Origin: Trichoplax sp. H2
Lineage: Eukaryota
Reading direction: 5' to 3'
DNA: 64,000 nucleotides
NCBI GenBank assembly: GCA_003344405.1
Contig: NOWV01000016.1
Location: forward strand, 124,001-188,000
Shown in pieces: positions 27,701 to 40,200 of this stretch. The position numbers and the translations under genes are program-made. The notes below the pieces were generated by a model. It was not told where the DNA came from. It saw nothing but the letters and a program-made list of their open reading frames with translations, and ran no database searches. Every line of letters begins with the position of its first letter. The first letter of the stretch is position 1.

Positions 27701-29409
27701 GATTTATTTACCAGCATATTAGGAAAAACACTTCACTTATATTTGGTAACTTTATTGCAATTTAAATTACAGTATAGTTACGTAAAGATTTTTATATGGG
27801 CTGTAATTGAAGACTAACCAAATATCTTGATGTATAGAAATATACTGATATGTACTTAGAAGGATGTTATGATGGAATTGGTGTATTATTGTGCTTGCAT
27901 CTTGCATATCGCTACCAAGAAATGATGGAGAAGAAGAATATTCCATGCCTTGAAAAGTAAAGTTATCACTATTATTATTCCTTGGAAACAATTGACAGTA
28001 TCGCTTATCCATTATCAAATTTTTAAGATGTAATTCATGTTATATACTTACCATTTTGAAGGTACTGGAACTCTTTGCTTGCCAATATTTGGCCTAAATT
28101 TGCACATATTATGGAGCTTAATATACAAAGTATTAGGGATATTGACCCACAGAAAGTCAACAATATCGATATTAGGCCTCATTACGTAAGTATATATACA
28201 AATTTTGCAAGATTCCACACGACTAGATGTTGTAATTTATTCATTCAAGTGCTGCCGATATAAACAGATAGATTTTCTGTTAGGTTGCCCGCCGATATAC
28301 TGACTTTTGTCAAGCTATATTAACAATTAATGAATTTCATGCAGATGAAAAGGTATTATGCTAATACTTTTAATCATTATTATTCACGTTTGATTTACCC
28401 CTTGTTATTTTCATCTTCTTTATTTGAACGTAAATAAACTTCATCCTCAATTTTTTTTTCACATAGGCTATGAAATTGATGGGGCAATTACAAATGGAAG
28501 TAGAAAACTTCATTTTGAGAATGGCTGCAGAATTTCAGCATCGAAAGGAACAGTTAATATTTTTAATAAACAACTACGATCATATGATGACAGTAAATCT
28601 AGTAAGAATGGCCATTAAATTATTACTACCTATGTTATTGCAGTTTTTGATAGTCGTTGATATTGCCGTAGTTAAACACTAATTTCATTTTGTATTAGGA
28701 TCGGGTAAATGACGATGGATCACATCATGAAAGTTTCCAACAAACTCTAAATGCACGTATTCAAGAATTTGTTGAGGAGGTACTGCATTTCGGTAATGTC
28801 GTTGTTTATTAATTTAATTTTGATCACTAAAAGGTTTGTATATATATTTTTTATTTAGATTCTACAACCTAACTTTGGAGGTATGATTAATTTTGTTAAG
28901 GAAACTGAAAATGCTATTGAACATGGTAATAAAGTCCATGTTGATGAACGTAAGTAAGAGTATTTTATCATCGACTCTAGACAGTTTGTTCATTTATATG
29001 AGCCGTACCAACACTCAATATTGTGTATACACAGGTCGTATAAAAACTTTAATCCAATCATTCAATGCCGAATGGAAGAAAGCCATAGATAATATAGATC
29101 ACGATGTTATGCAATCATTTACTAACTTTAAGAATGGAACATCAATCTTACAGGTAATATTTTGCATCCAATCAATTTACTTGAGACTATGATTGGTATA
29201 CTCATAGTGATATTTGTATAAATATAACTTACATTGGTCTCTTATTGATTGTTATTTTATAGGCCGTTTTAACACAATTAATTCAATATTACCATCGTTT
29301 TCAAAAGATCCTTAATCAGTCTCCGTTTAAAAATTTAACCTGTCGCAATGAAATTATTAATATACATAATGTAATGGTTGAAATTAAGAAACATAAGACA
29401 TCTCTCTAA
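24793..29409 (+). CDS. VPS52: Vacuolar protein sorting 52 (GARP/EARP subunit), multi-exon, with two U12-type introns
   Basis: Exons give GVDLRQYSRQIQREL...DYIKESENIASLH...MEQMLSSFQTDLRSISTEIQTLQEQSMSMNIKLKNRQ...FRKPMANYQVPQ...DIRPHYVARRY...FLINNYD...SFTNFKNGTSILQAVLTQLIQYYHRFQK...INIHNVMVEIKKHK. An in-frame upstream ATG at 24748 is an alternative start. Confidence 0.95.
25471..25592 (+). other. Putative U12-type (minor spliceosome) GT-AG intron in VPS52
   Basis: 5' site GTATCCCC (U12 consensus RTATCCTT), branch-like TCTTTAAC at 25566-25573, no polypyrimidine tract before the AG. Removal restores the conserved D-Y-I-K-E-S-E-N. Confidence 0.65.
27270..27370 (+). other. U12-type intron in VPS52 with AT 5' end and non-canonical 3' end (AA at 27370, or AG at 27367)
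   Basis: 5' ATATCTTT at 27270 and branch point TCCTTGAC at 27353-27360. The reading frame is restored only with a 3' end at 27370 (AA) or 27367 (AG); AC at 27371 gives a stop. Confidence 0.8.
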
Positions 29410-30526
29410 AGAGATATTCTATTTAAGATATTATTGTAAAATGCAAGCCTTTATGATACAATACCGTGTAGCTAATAGCCAGTAACTCAACTCATACTTT
29501 TTGCACACACATACGCATATATATATATACAGTATATATAGGGTATTATTGTACGGCGACGATGTCAGTATCAAGTAATATATCTACGTATATTCTAGAA
29601 ATTGTACTGTATATCTCTGATGAACTTAAAAGTAATATGTTGCAATTTTTAAGATCCTTGAATGCGTTAGCCAAGTATTTGGATATTTTTAGTAGATTTA
29701 AAAATTTTTGAATTGATGTAAAAGCATTACTTGATTTATGGTACTCATGAGTACCGTACCCAAGCTTACGCATAACTAGATATACCGTACTCCTATAATA
29801 AATTAAAATATTTTGAAGTTAGCCTAACTTTCAAAGTCGCTTTTGCTATATTGTATTATCTTTTTAGTTATTGGAGTGTAAGTACTCCTGGTTTACAAGA
29901 CATCACGTTACAGCATCAGCAATCGATTGTCAATTATACTGTACGTATTGTTTTCACTCATTCATTCTATAATTATAAATTTCATTATTATGGCTTGGCA
30001 TGAGAGTATTTTCATCTTTGGGAAGATCCAACCAGCAAATAGTCCTATGCATAAAGCCTACTACATCTTATTCTTATTACTTATAATTATAGATGATCAC
30101 CTAGTAGAATCTTGCTACTAGGCTGTAAAACCTTTCCGTAGTTGTAGCTTACTGCCAGAGGTCCAATCTCTAATTTACTATCAGTAGTATTACTAGTATA
30201 GTTGCAGTGATCCCTGCTCAAGTATAGTAGTTAGAACTTCCATCATCCAGTTTCGCGAAAATTAGGCTATTCTGCAGGTGTACAGTACCTATTTTCACCT
30301 ACTAGTAGTATTAGCAGGTTTAATCAGTACAGTAAATGGCGAAGGACCTAAAGACTAATTCATTTCAATTACCTTGCAATAAAAAGAATCAACTAGGACT
30401 TTGCTACCATTCCACATTACGCATATAACCTTTCGATAGTCTACTGACTATAAATGGAAACAATTCCATTGCAGATGTGGCTTATTTTTAAATTTTTATA
30501 CCAAGCCAAATTAGGAAAAGTAGTAG

Positions 30527-30740
30527 CATGGACTTCTAGAACTATACCCCTACTTCTAGAAGTCCATGGTAGTAGGATCTAAAGAACAATTTACGCGACA
30601 TATTTGTAACAGTAAAGGTTAAAGCTTGCGGAATGCCATGGACTACTGTAGATAAAATACGTCAATCGGTCTAATAATTTCCTAGAAGTCCATGCTCAGA
30701 TGCCATAGATCCATGGAGGCAGGCATGGACTACTAGACAG
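30527..30740. repeat. Cluster of inverted-repeat arms CATGGACT(T/A)CT, including a perfect 15-bp inverted repeat; MITE/foldback-like remnant
   Basis: CATGGACTTCTAGAA (30527-30541) pairs with TTCTAGAAGTCCATG (30554-30568). Related arms occur at ~30637, ~30682-30694 and ~30724. Confidence 0.6.
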
Positions 30741-30993
30741 ACGCCGGTAAAATTTTGAGTACTGTATGGTAGAGGTAAAAGTACTGTACACTGTACGGTA
30801 ATGCAGTATCACGTCTTTGTGCAGTGATACTGACATGAGTATAGCATTCTCTTATACTTTATGTTATTATAGTGTGCAAAATGAGCTGTCATTCTTACAC
30901 CTCTGTCAGTGGTTACTGCAACACAGTACTGTACTATAATACTGTACTGTAGAAGAAGAATTGTACATAGCGTCACACCGGTTCTCTCTTGTG

Positions 30994-31026
30994 ATTGGTC
31001 CAGGTCGCAATTTCGTTAATTTCAAA
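30994..31026. promoter_or_regulatory. Reverse CCAAT box (ATTGG, 30994-30998) plus CHR-like TTCAAA (31021-31026) in the ASPM promoter
   Basis: CCAAT plus CHR is the typical architecture of G2/M (DREAM/MuvB) promoters. The motifs are short, so chance occurrence in AT-rich DNA is possible. Confidence 0.35.
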
Positions 31027-31298
31027 AAAAAATACTTGCAGATAAATATGCAACAGTACGATGAAGAGCATTTCAGTGAAATTGGCGATGTTTTCCATAA
31101 TATCCATTAATAGTAGGTTGTACATTTCTCCATCAAGACCACATTGATCAGTTATACTGTACAACAAGCACGTTATTTCATTTCTTTGAGTTGCAGAGAT
31201 TTGGACTATGCAAAATCTCCATCATCATCTCCAGTAGTAGAAATAATTGAAAGAGAATATTGAAGTGATCAGTCAACATACAAAATTCCACAGCAAAA

Positions 31299-34200
31299 AT
31301 GACTGACCATTGCATACGTCAAGAAGAAAACAAAGAAAATGTAGCATCATCTGAGCCGTTTCTAAAATTTGTCCCATTTAATGGTAGTCAATCGGCAGCA
31401 CAAACACAAACTGAAGATGATCATCCTGTTTTAGTATTGAAACATTTTGCTCAAGTACCCAAGCTCTATTTTGATAAAGTCAAAGTTGGCCGAAACAAAT
31501 CGATTTTATTAACGATTGTCAATCCATCGTCCAAAATACATCATATCAAAGTTGGAAAAGTATCTGAATTAAAAGGCTTTACAGTCAATACAACAACATT
31601 AGCTATCCAACCCGAGAGTCAACAACAACTCGAAATTACCTGGAATCCTAAAGTCGTTGGCTCAGTTCACGATACTTTGGTTTTAGTAAGCCAAAACACT
31701 CACCGATTACACGTAGTTCTTAATGGAACTGCTATTGAATCGCCTCATAAGGTATGATTAACTTACACATATTTGATAGCACGGTATTTTAGACGATATT
31801 TGAAGTTGAAACTGGAATAAAATACAATATGCCGTACATTACATACTGTATCGAAATACATAGTTCAAAAGAACATGTTGAATCTTATGATTACACGTAC
31901 AGTACACGTATATCTTGCTCGGCTATAGTATACCAATTACGGTCAGCTAATGCGCCTAGATTAAAAATAACGTCATTTCTAACCGATCCTTGTGGCTAAT
32001 AATTATAATTATTTTTATAATTATTGTAGAAAAGAACCGGGCGAAGACTTAATCAACAACGTCATCAAGTTAATAATAAACTACACAAGGTAATGGAAGA
32101 GACTATGCAATCGTCGTTCATCATAATCAATTCATCTAATATTGATGCTATCAATGTTGAAATGGACTGATAAACTGACAAAGTATTGTAGCAACTGGGT
32201 GTACTTATGGAAGTAATGTAAAATTTTTATGTTATCTTTTTTCACACGTTAGATTAACACATCGAAGCCAAATCAGAAAGCAGTACTAAATACAGTCATT
32301 GATGTCTTACAGGGAGACGCTAACAAGGTGACCATAACATCAAAAATTCAAACTTATAGTAATGTATAATAATTTAAAGGATCTAGCCAATTAATCTTAT
32401 ATGTGTTGATATCCATGTATTATTTAGAATAATAAATCGGAATCAAATCAAAAAGTTCCAACAACAACTACAACGGATGCTGTACAAAATGATACGAAAC
32501 ATCAAGTTCAAGACGAACAAACTAATGTATCAACTTCAAATCATCATCAACAATATGGCCAAGAAAAATTTGTCAATTCCCAGTTGGTTGATTTTCAATC
32601 AACTAATCATGATAACCAATTAAAAAAAAGTCATTTTGGTAATCATATTATTCGAGAAACTTACACTAAATCGGAATTGGAAGATTCTCTATTAGGAAAT
32701 GTTGATTCATGTCCAGATGATAAAGAAGACAATGATAATAACAACCGTAATAATAGCAATCTTAACACCCAAGAAAGTAATTCCAAGACAGAATTTAAAG
32801 TTCGTATCAATAAGACCATTCCTAATAAATGCGTCAAGGCCAAAGTAAACTCTGAAAGTACTGCTAAGAATAAGACTAAGCAACAACAGCTTCAGTCTTC
32901 ACAACGCAAGGGTAATAAAGATAAACTGTTAATAAAAATACTAGTAAACGATATATAGATTTAATATTGCGTTATACTTATCTCCTATCTCTTTTGCTTA
33001 TCTATGGGCATATCTGCCTAAAACTTTCCTTGTAGCCACTCTTCCAAAAACATTCAACATAAGGGGCATAGCTCAATCTCGCCTGCGACTCATTTCTAAT
33101 GGATCCGGTTAGTTGACTCTATTTTGATTGATAACAATGTAGCGTATCTATTCTACTTCTGATTGTAATGTTGGTATATTCAAATACTTCTTTAATACAG
33201 CAGTTAAGAAAACCAAAACAATCTCACCATTTGCAAGTCAAAATAATTGTTACGATGATCGCTGGATTGATAAGCAAGAAAGAGGTCAGACATTGACGTT
33301 TTCTGAGTATTAAATACGCATAACTCTTTATTCATATTGCAATTAAATACTTTATAAAAATCTTAATTATTGTTATTAATGACTTGCAGGATTTACGTGT
33401 TGGCTTAATTTTATTCTTGTTCCTTGCGAAGATGGCGTATCTATGAACAAATTTGTAACCAAAGGTAACTAATTCTAAAATACCTGGTATCTACTAATAT
33501 CCATTTATCATTCGATGAAATTATCTAACTACATCTCTCTTGTATTATAGTTGATGCTAGTACCCTAGCACTAACAACGGATACAACAACACGACAGTAT
33601 CATCCGACTAAAGATACCTTATCATACAAAAATTATGAAAATCGAAAGCATTTAATGATGCTAAGGAGAGCAGCATGTATATTATACCAATCGAAGCCAG
33701 TTAGAATGGTGGTAGAACGTATTACTGATGCTGTAAAAGAAAGAAAATTTACATTCAAACTGGATGCTAATATTCATAGTGATTTAGGTATTAATTAAAA
33801 TAATTTTTCATATTTTCAATTTATTAAATATAGCGGTAGATATAGTGTTTCAAAATTAATATAAGATTTTTAATTGACTATAATTCTCAATATGACTAGG
33901 CCTCAAACAAAACTTGTTAGATCTATTGCTATCATATAATCCACTTTGGCTACGCATTGGATTAGAGGTATATTATTATGTTGATAAGATGCTATGAAGG
34001 AATTAAAATAACGATTTTAATAATTTCTGATAAATATAATATATTCTGATCACTCTATAAGACTTCCAGAACAATTAACGTATCGAAATAACTAAAAATT
34101 CTTCTCACATTGATACTGTATCATATCAATAAAATATTACACTCTATATCTCAAGCGCTGATATAAAGTGAAGCGATTTAACATATTAATTTGGTATTAT

Positions 34201-37200
34201 GGATCTTTCCTATTAATACATAGACAATTTACGGTGAAGTATTAATGATTGAATCAAATCAAGATATCATTGGTTTGTCCACTTTTATTATCTCACGATT
34301 CTTAAGCAATCCTGATATTATTAAAAAGTACAGAGACTCTTCAAATCTGGAAAGCTTTTCTAATAAAAAAGGTAACTAGTGGATTAACATATTTTATTAT
34401 ACATTATTCGATAATTGCACTTAAAACAGTTTTAGGTCGATGAGGTTGTTGATGTAAGCAAAATCTTTTTCTAAATTAGATTTTAAAGAAGCGTTAGGAC
34501 AATATGTCATCAAGCAATTCCTGCTATTAATATTCTGTATTGATCAAGCTAAGTTAACTCGCCTTATTGATCATGATCCATGTTTATTTTGTATGGATGC
34601 AAAATTCAAGGTTGGTATTATCAAGCTCTAATTACAAGTACTATAATTAATAGAGAATTGTATTCGATACTATGGTAAAGCGCGAAATTTCTCTAATTGC
34701 ATAATTTCTATTCTATTTTTAGTCAAGTCGTGATTTACTTTTAAAGCTTTCACGAGAATATTTACGAGGCGAGGGAGATATTATTCGTCATTTAGGACAA
34801 TTTGGGTATAATGTTACTCATGTTCAAGTAAGTTATCATTAGTCGTTAATATAATAGTCTGTATTTGCATAATTTGCAATACTAAAGAATAATATAACGT
34901 TTACAACTACATTTCTTAATGATGAATTATGTATTTATCAGACACCTTTGGATGAATACAACTACGCGGTTACAAATCTAGCTGTAGATTTAAGAGATGG
35001 CGTTCGATTAGCGTAAGTAATAATAATCAATCAAGCAAAATTACAACCAATATTGTCTAATCTATACGTAAAACTCTTGGCTATACAGACGGTTAATAGA
35101 ATTGTTCTCTCGAGAATGGGGAATTACATCCAATTTAAAACTGCCTGTTAATAGCAGATTACAGGTTAGATTTATATTACTATGTATTAAAATTAAAATA
35201 CCTAAGCTGATCTTTTTCTCAGGTATAATTTGATCAATATCATTAAACTGTTAATAGAAACTGAAGAATGTTCAGGAATCGCTTGCTGTACTCAAAGAGA
35301 AAAAATTACTAAACAATATTGAAGGTAAATATTCGGAGTAGATTTTATGATTATAAGTTCACTACTTTATGATAGTTTTATAGTATTAGCGATTATTCTA
35401 AACTCACATTTTTTATTTGTAACATAGTCAAACTGTACGGTTCCGCAATTGTGGATGGACATCGAGAGAAGACCCTTGCTTTGCTTTGGAAAGTAATTCA
35501 GCATTATCAGGTAGTTGTAACTATAGCATTATCAAACAAAATAGCATACAATTTCGAAAATTTAAGTATAGGCAAAATTAAATTTAGCCTAATGATTCTA
35601 AAATAATCGATTAGGTCAATGTTATTCTCAATGAAGATCACTTACGGGAGGAGATTATTTACTTACGAAGGGAATACAGAAAGAAATTGAAGCTATTATC
35701 GCCAGATATTGATATTAGTTATACAATCCCATATAATGATATGTACGTCGATCATTTACAATTGAATTTACTATTATCATGGTGCCAATCGGTTTGCAAA
35801 CTATATGGAATTGAGGTAACAGTGTAGCAATTTCTTATTTTTTACGTCATATAACACCTATTATAATTACACCTTATATTTACATTAATAGAACAATATA
35901 ATTAACGCTATACATAAAGTTGTATATGTACGTACATAAATACGATTTCTATGGAACTCTTTGGTAGTTCCTGATGGTTGTATTAATAATTAATAAGATA
36001 TACGTTTAGACGAAGTAATTTGACTGTTTGAATACAACGATATTTGTCCTGCAGTGGACATAACTCTGTGTACTGTACAAAACTACACATTAACTATCCA
36101 ATTACTGTAATTGTTCTAAGGCTAATTAGTACATTGATTGTTAATACTAGATTACTTGTCTTGATAAATTGCTAAACCACTGATATAAATGATTCTGTCG
36201 CGTATATTGTAATAAGATAATATATTTACATATGCTTATAATACTATGCTAATTTTCTAATTAACAAACAGATCAATAATTTTACGGCCTCATTCGGGGA
36301 TGGCCGCGCTTTATGCTGCCTTGTCCATCATTATCATCCTGGTCTTTTACCATATTCAAAAATAAGACACGAAACTACATTAACGATTTTAAACTATGAA
36401 GAAGAACCGGATGATAATATGACAAATTTAGTTGATACCAAAGAAGGATGGTCGGCTGTCTTTAGCCCAAGTAAAAGTCAATTTCGATAGCATTTAATCA
36501 CTTCAGTAATTAATTTAATTTAACAAGATTTTTGTAAAAGTTTAGCTTCACTCAATTACAACTGTTTTTATTTTAGAGACAGGAAAAGCCTCCAAATATG
36601 ATAAACTTAAAGCAAATGAGAAATATAATTTTAACTTATATAATCATAAGGTTCGATATAGCATTAGATTTTAGAACGATCAAATTAATCTCGAATGCCC
36701 ATGGTATTGTACCAGAAATAAATATAATTTGTATTCAATATACGTATAGATACAAGAAATGAGAGGCGTTCCACTTCTTTTTAAAGCATCACAAATAATA
36801 AATGGCATCCCAGAAGAGAAAGTTATGATAGCACATCTATCTTACTTATGCTCAAAATTATTAGAAATAAGACAAGAGTCAAGAGCTGCAATCTGTATCC
36901 AAAAAGCATGGAGAAGTTATAGTGACATGAAAGAATTAATTATTCAGCAGGTATAGCTATTGACTATTCAATTCAAAGTTATGTAATTAGTGATTTAGGC
37001 AGCTTTCTATGTTCTTGTTTGATCTATCATGTTAATAACTATAACATTTTATTTAAAAATTGCAAATAACAGAATAGAGAAACGGCTGCCATTAAACTTC
37101 AAGGTGTAATAAGAGGTTATCTCACCCGCAAAGATTGTCGAAATCGAATTAATAAAGTTGTAATAATTCAGAGTTATTGGCGTGGATATGTTGCTCGTTG

Positions 37201-40200
37201 CTTAGTTGAAGATTTACGGCAAGAAAAACTGGAAGCTAAGCAAGAATACGCTGCAACTGTTATTGAGGTTTGTAATTTGGTTGTATTTGTACTGTAAATA
37301 AATGAATTTGTAATATTATTAGCGGAGCTATCTTTTAATAACTTCTATAAAAATTACGATGAAATTTTAGTCTGCATTCAGAGGATATATAGCCAGAAAA
37401 CATTACTGTAAGCTCAGAGAAGCTATCGTTAAAGCACAATCTATTTGGAGAGGTGGTAAAGTACGTTGTGAATTAACACGACAATATCAAGCAGCACAAA
37501 TTATCCAAAGGTACTACCGAAATTCTCTCATAACTAAAGCCGTTCATGAAGAATATTGTAGAATCAAAAATAAAATCATTTTATTACAAGCTGTATTTCG
37601 TGGCTGGCACGATAGGTGTTTTGTGGCTAAATTCAGAGCTGCAATTTGCATTCAATCCCATTGGAGAGGATATCATACACGTAGAAATTTTATGAGAACA
37701 AAACAGGAAATTGTTACTGTTCAATCTTGTGTCCGACGATGGTTTGCGCAACGAAGGCTTCAACAATATACTACTGCTGCTATAACTATACAATCGATGT
37801 ATCGACGATGGCATGTACAGCAAAATCTTCAACAACAGCGTAAAGCAGCAACTATAATACAAAAATCATTCAGATGTTATCACGTAAAACAGAAATATCG
37901 GCAGTTACAGCAATCGGCTCTAGTTATACAGCAGCAATATCGCGCTATGAGGGCAATGCAAATACAACAGTATACATACTTAATCATACGAGGTGCTTGT
38001 ATAACTCTTCAAGCTGCAATAAAAGGATATCTCGTTAGGAAACAGTACTTACTAGAGAAAGCAGCTGCTATACGAATACAATCGCATTATAGATGTTATA
38101 AGCAACGCCAAGATTATATAAAATTGTGTGATTCTACTATTATTTTACAACGCCGATGGAGAGCAACTTGTCTTCAACGAACTGCGATCGATAAGTATCG
38201 AGTAATCTGCCAATCTATTCTTACCATTCAGACCTACTATCGTGGATGGGTGACAAGAAAATGCTACAATACTAAATTACGATCAGCATTAATAATACAA
38301 TCTGCATATCGTCGAGCAGTATGTCAGCGATTATATCTCAATAAGAAATTTGCTGCAATAATGATACAATCTAATATTAGGCGTTGGATTAGCCATCGTG
38401 CCTATGTTCAAAAATATCATGCTATAATGGTATTACAAGCTTTCGTCAAAGGTTGGCTAAAAGGTCAAGACGTTCGTCGAGTCTGTGATTTTTATGCAAT
38501 CAGACAAAGTTGTATCTTCATTCAATCTAGAATACGTGGATATCTGGCAAGAAAGGAATTAATTAGAAAAAGAAATGCTGTCCGATGTATTGAAAATTGT
38601 TATTTGACCTACACTTGTCGATGTCGCTATTTGAATACTCAACACTCTGCTATCACTATACAACGGTGGTGGTTATCTGTTAAAAAGGGTAGAGCTTGTA
38701 GACAATTCTATCTAACGCTTACACAATCTTCAATCTTAATTCAATCCATGTGGCGAATGCATATTGCTAGAAGTCATTACATTCAAATGAGAGCGGCGGC
38801 TATCCTAATTCAAAGTCATTATCGTCGGTATAGACAGATTAAAAAGTATACTGATCTAAAAATTGCGGCATCCATCATTCAGCAAAGATACAGGGCTCAA
38901 ATTGAAATGAGAAAAGTTCGTGCAGCCTACTCAAGTAATATGCAAGCGTCCATTGTTTTGCAATCGGCATGGAGAAGTTATGTAGTTAGACGTCAATATC
39001 TACAAACGAAAAGAGCAGCAACTTTAATTCAAAGTTATCATCGACGATACTTAGCCTGTAAGAGCTATAATACTATGAAAATTGCAGCAGTTGTCATCCA
39101 GCAAAGATACAGAGCTCAAATTGAAATGAGAAAAGTTCATGCAGCCTACTCAACTATTATGCAAGCGTCCATTATTTTGCAATCGGCATGGAGAAGTTAT
39201 GTAGTTAGGCGCCAGTATCTACAAATGAAAAGAGCAGCAACTTTAATTCAAAGTTATCAACGACGATACTTAGCCTGTAAGAGTTATAATACTATGAAAA
39301 TTGCAGCAGTTGTCATCCAGCAAAGATATAGAGCACAAGTTAAGATGAGAAATGATGAAAAGGATTACTTGACTACAAAGGCCTCTGCTATTAAGATACA
39401 AGCAGCCTATCGAGGATATCAACAAAGAAAATCACTAGCAAAGAAACATAATGCAGCTATAAAGATACAAGCATTATGGAAAATGAATATTCAAAGAAAG
39501 ATGTATCTAAGACAATATCATGCTTGCACTATTTTACAATCTCATGTTCGTGCAACATTATTGACTATAAAAACTAGAAAGCGATATTTACAAATTTTAC
39601 AATCGACCATTTTATTGCAATCAATGGTAAGGCGTTGGCATCATGTTAAACGTTATAATTTATTAAGGAGAGCTGCATCTGTGATTCAAACTTACTGGCG
39701 ATTATATTGTATCCAAAAGTCTTACCAGAAGCAGCGAGAAGCTGTTATTAAAATTCAACGAAAGTGGCGTGCAACACTGCTACGCAATCACTTACATCGT
39801 CACTTCCGACAAATGATACAAGCAAGCTTAACTATTCAAAAGTGGACCAGAAGGTATTTAGCCATGAAACAGTACAACATCTTAAAGGCGGTTATCAAAA
39901 TTCAGACCACCTATAGAGGTCATATCTGTCGCCGGCAGTTTAATCGAGAAAGATCCGCTGCTCTCAAAATACAATCAATGATAAGAATGCATAAACAACG
40001 TTGTACTTATATGCAACGATTAAATGCTATTCATGTTATCCAAAAGTGTACTAAAGCTTATTTACTGGGTCAACAAATACGTCAAAATTTTAATTATAAA
40101 AAGATGAAAAATGCATGTACGATGATACAAACTGCTTTGAGAAGACACTTAGCTTATAAGCAATACCAACATTTACGAGCAACAACTATTAAAATGCAAG

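Noticed and set aside
37584-37862. Antisense ORFs over ASPM, ATP13A1 and VPS52 exons (e.g. 37584-37862, 41786-42139, 2958-3185, 26533-26718)
   Set aside because: Shadow ORFs of real coding exons on the opposite strand.
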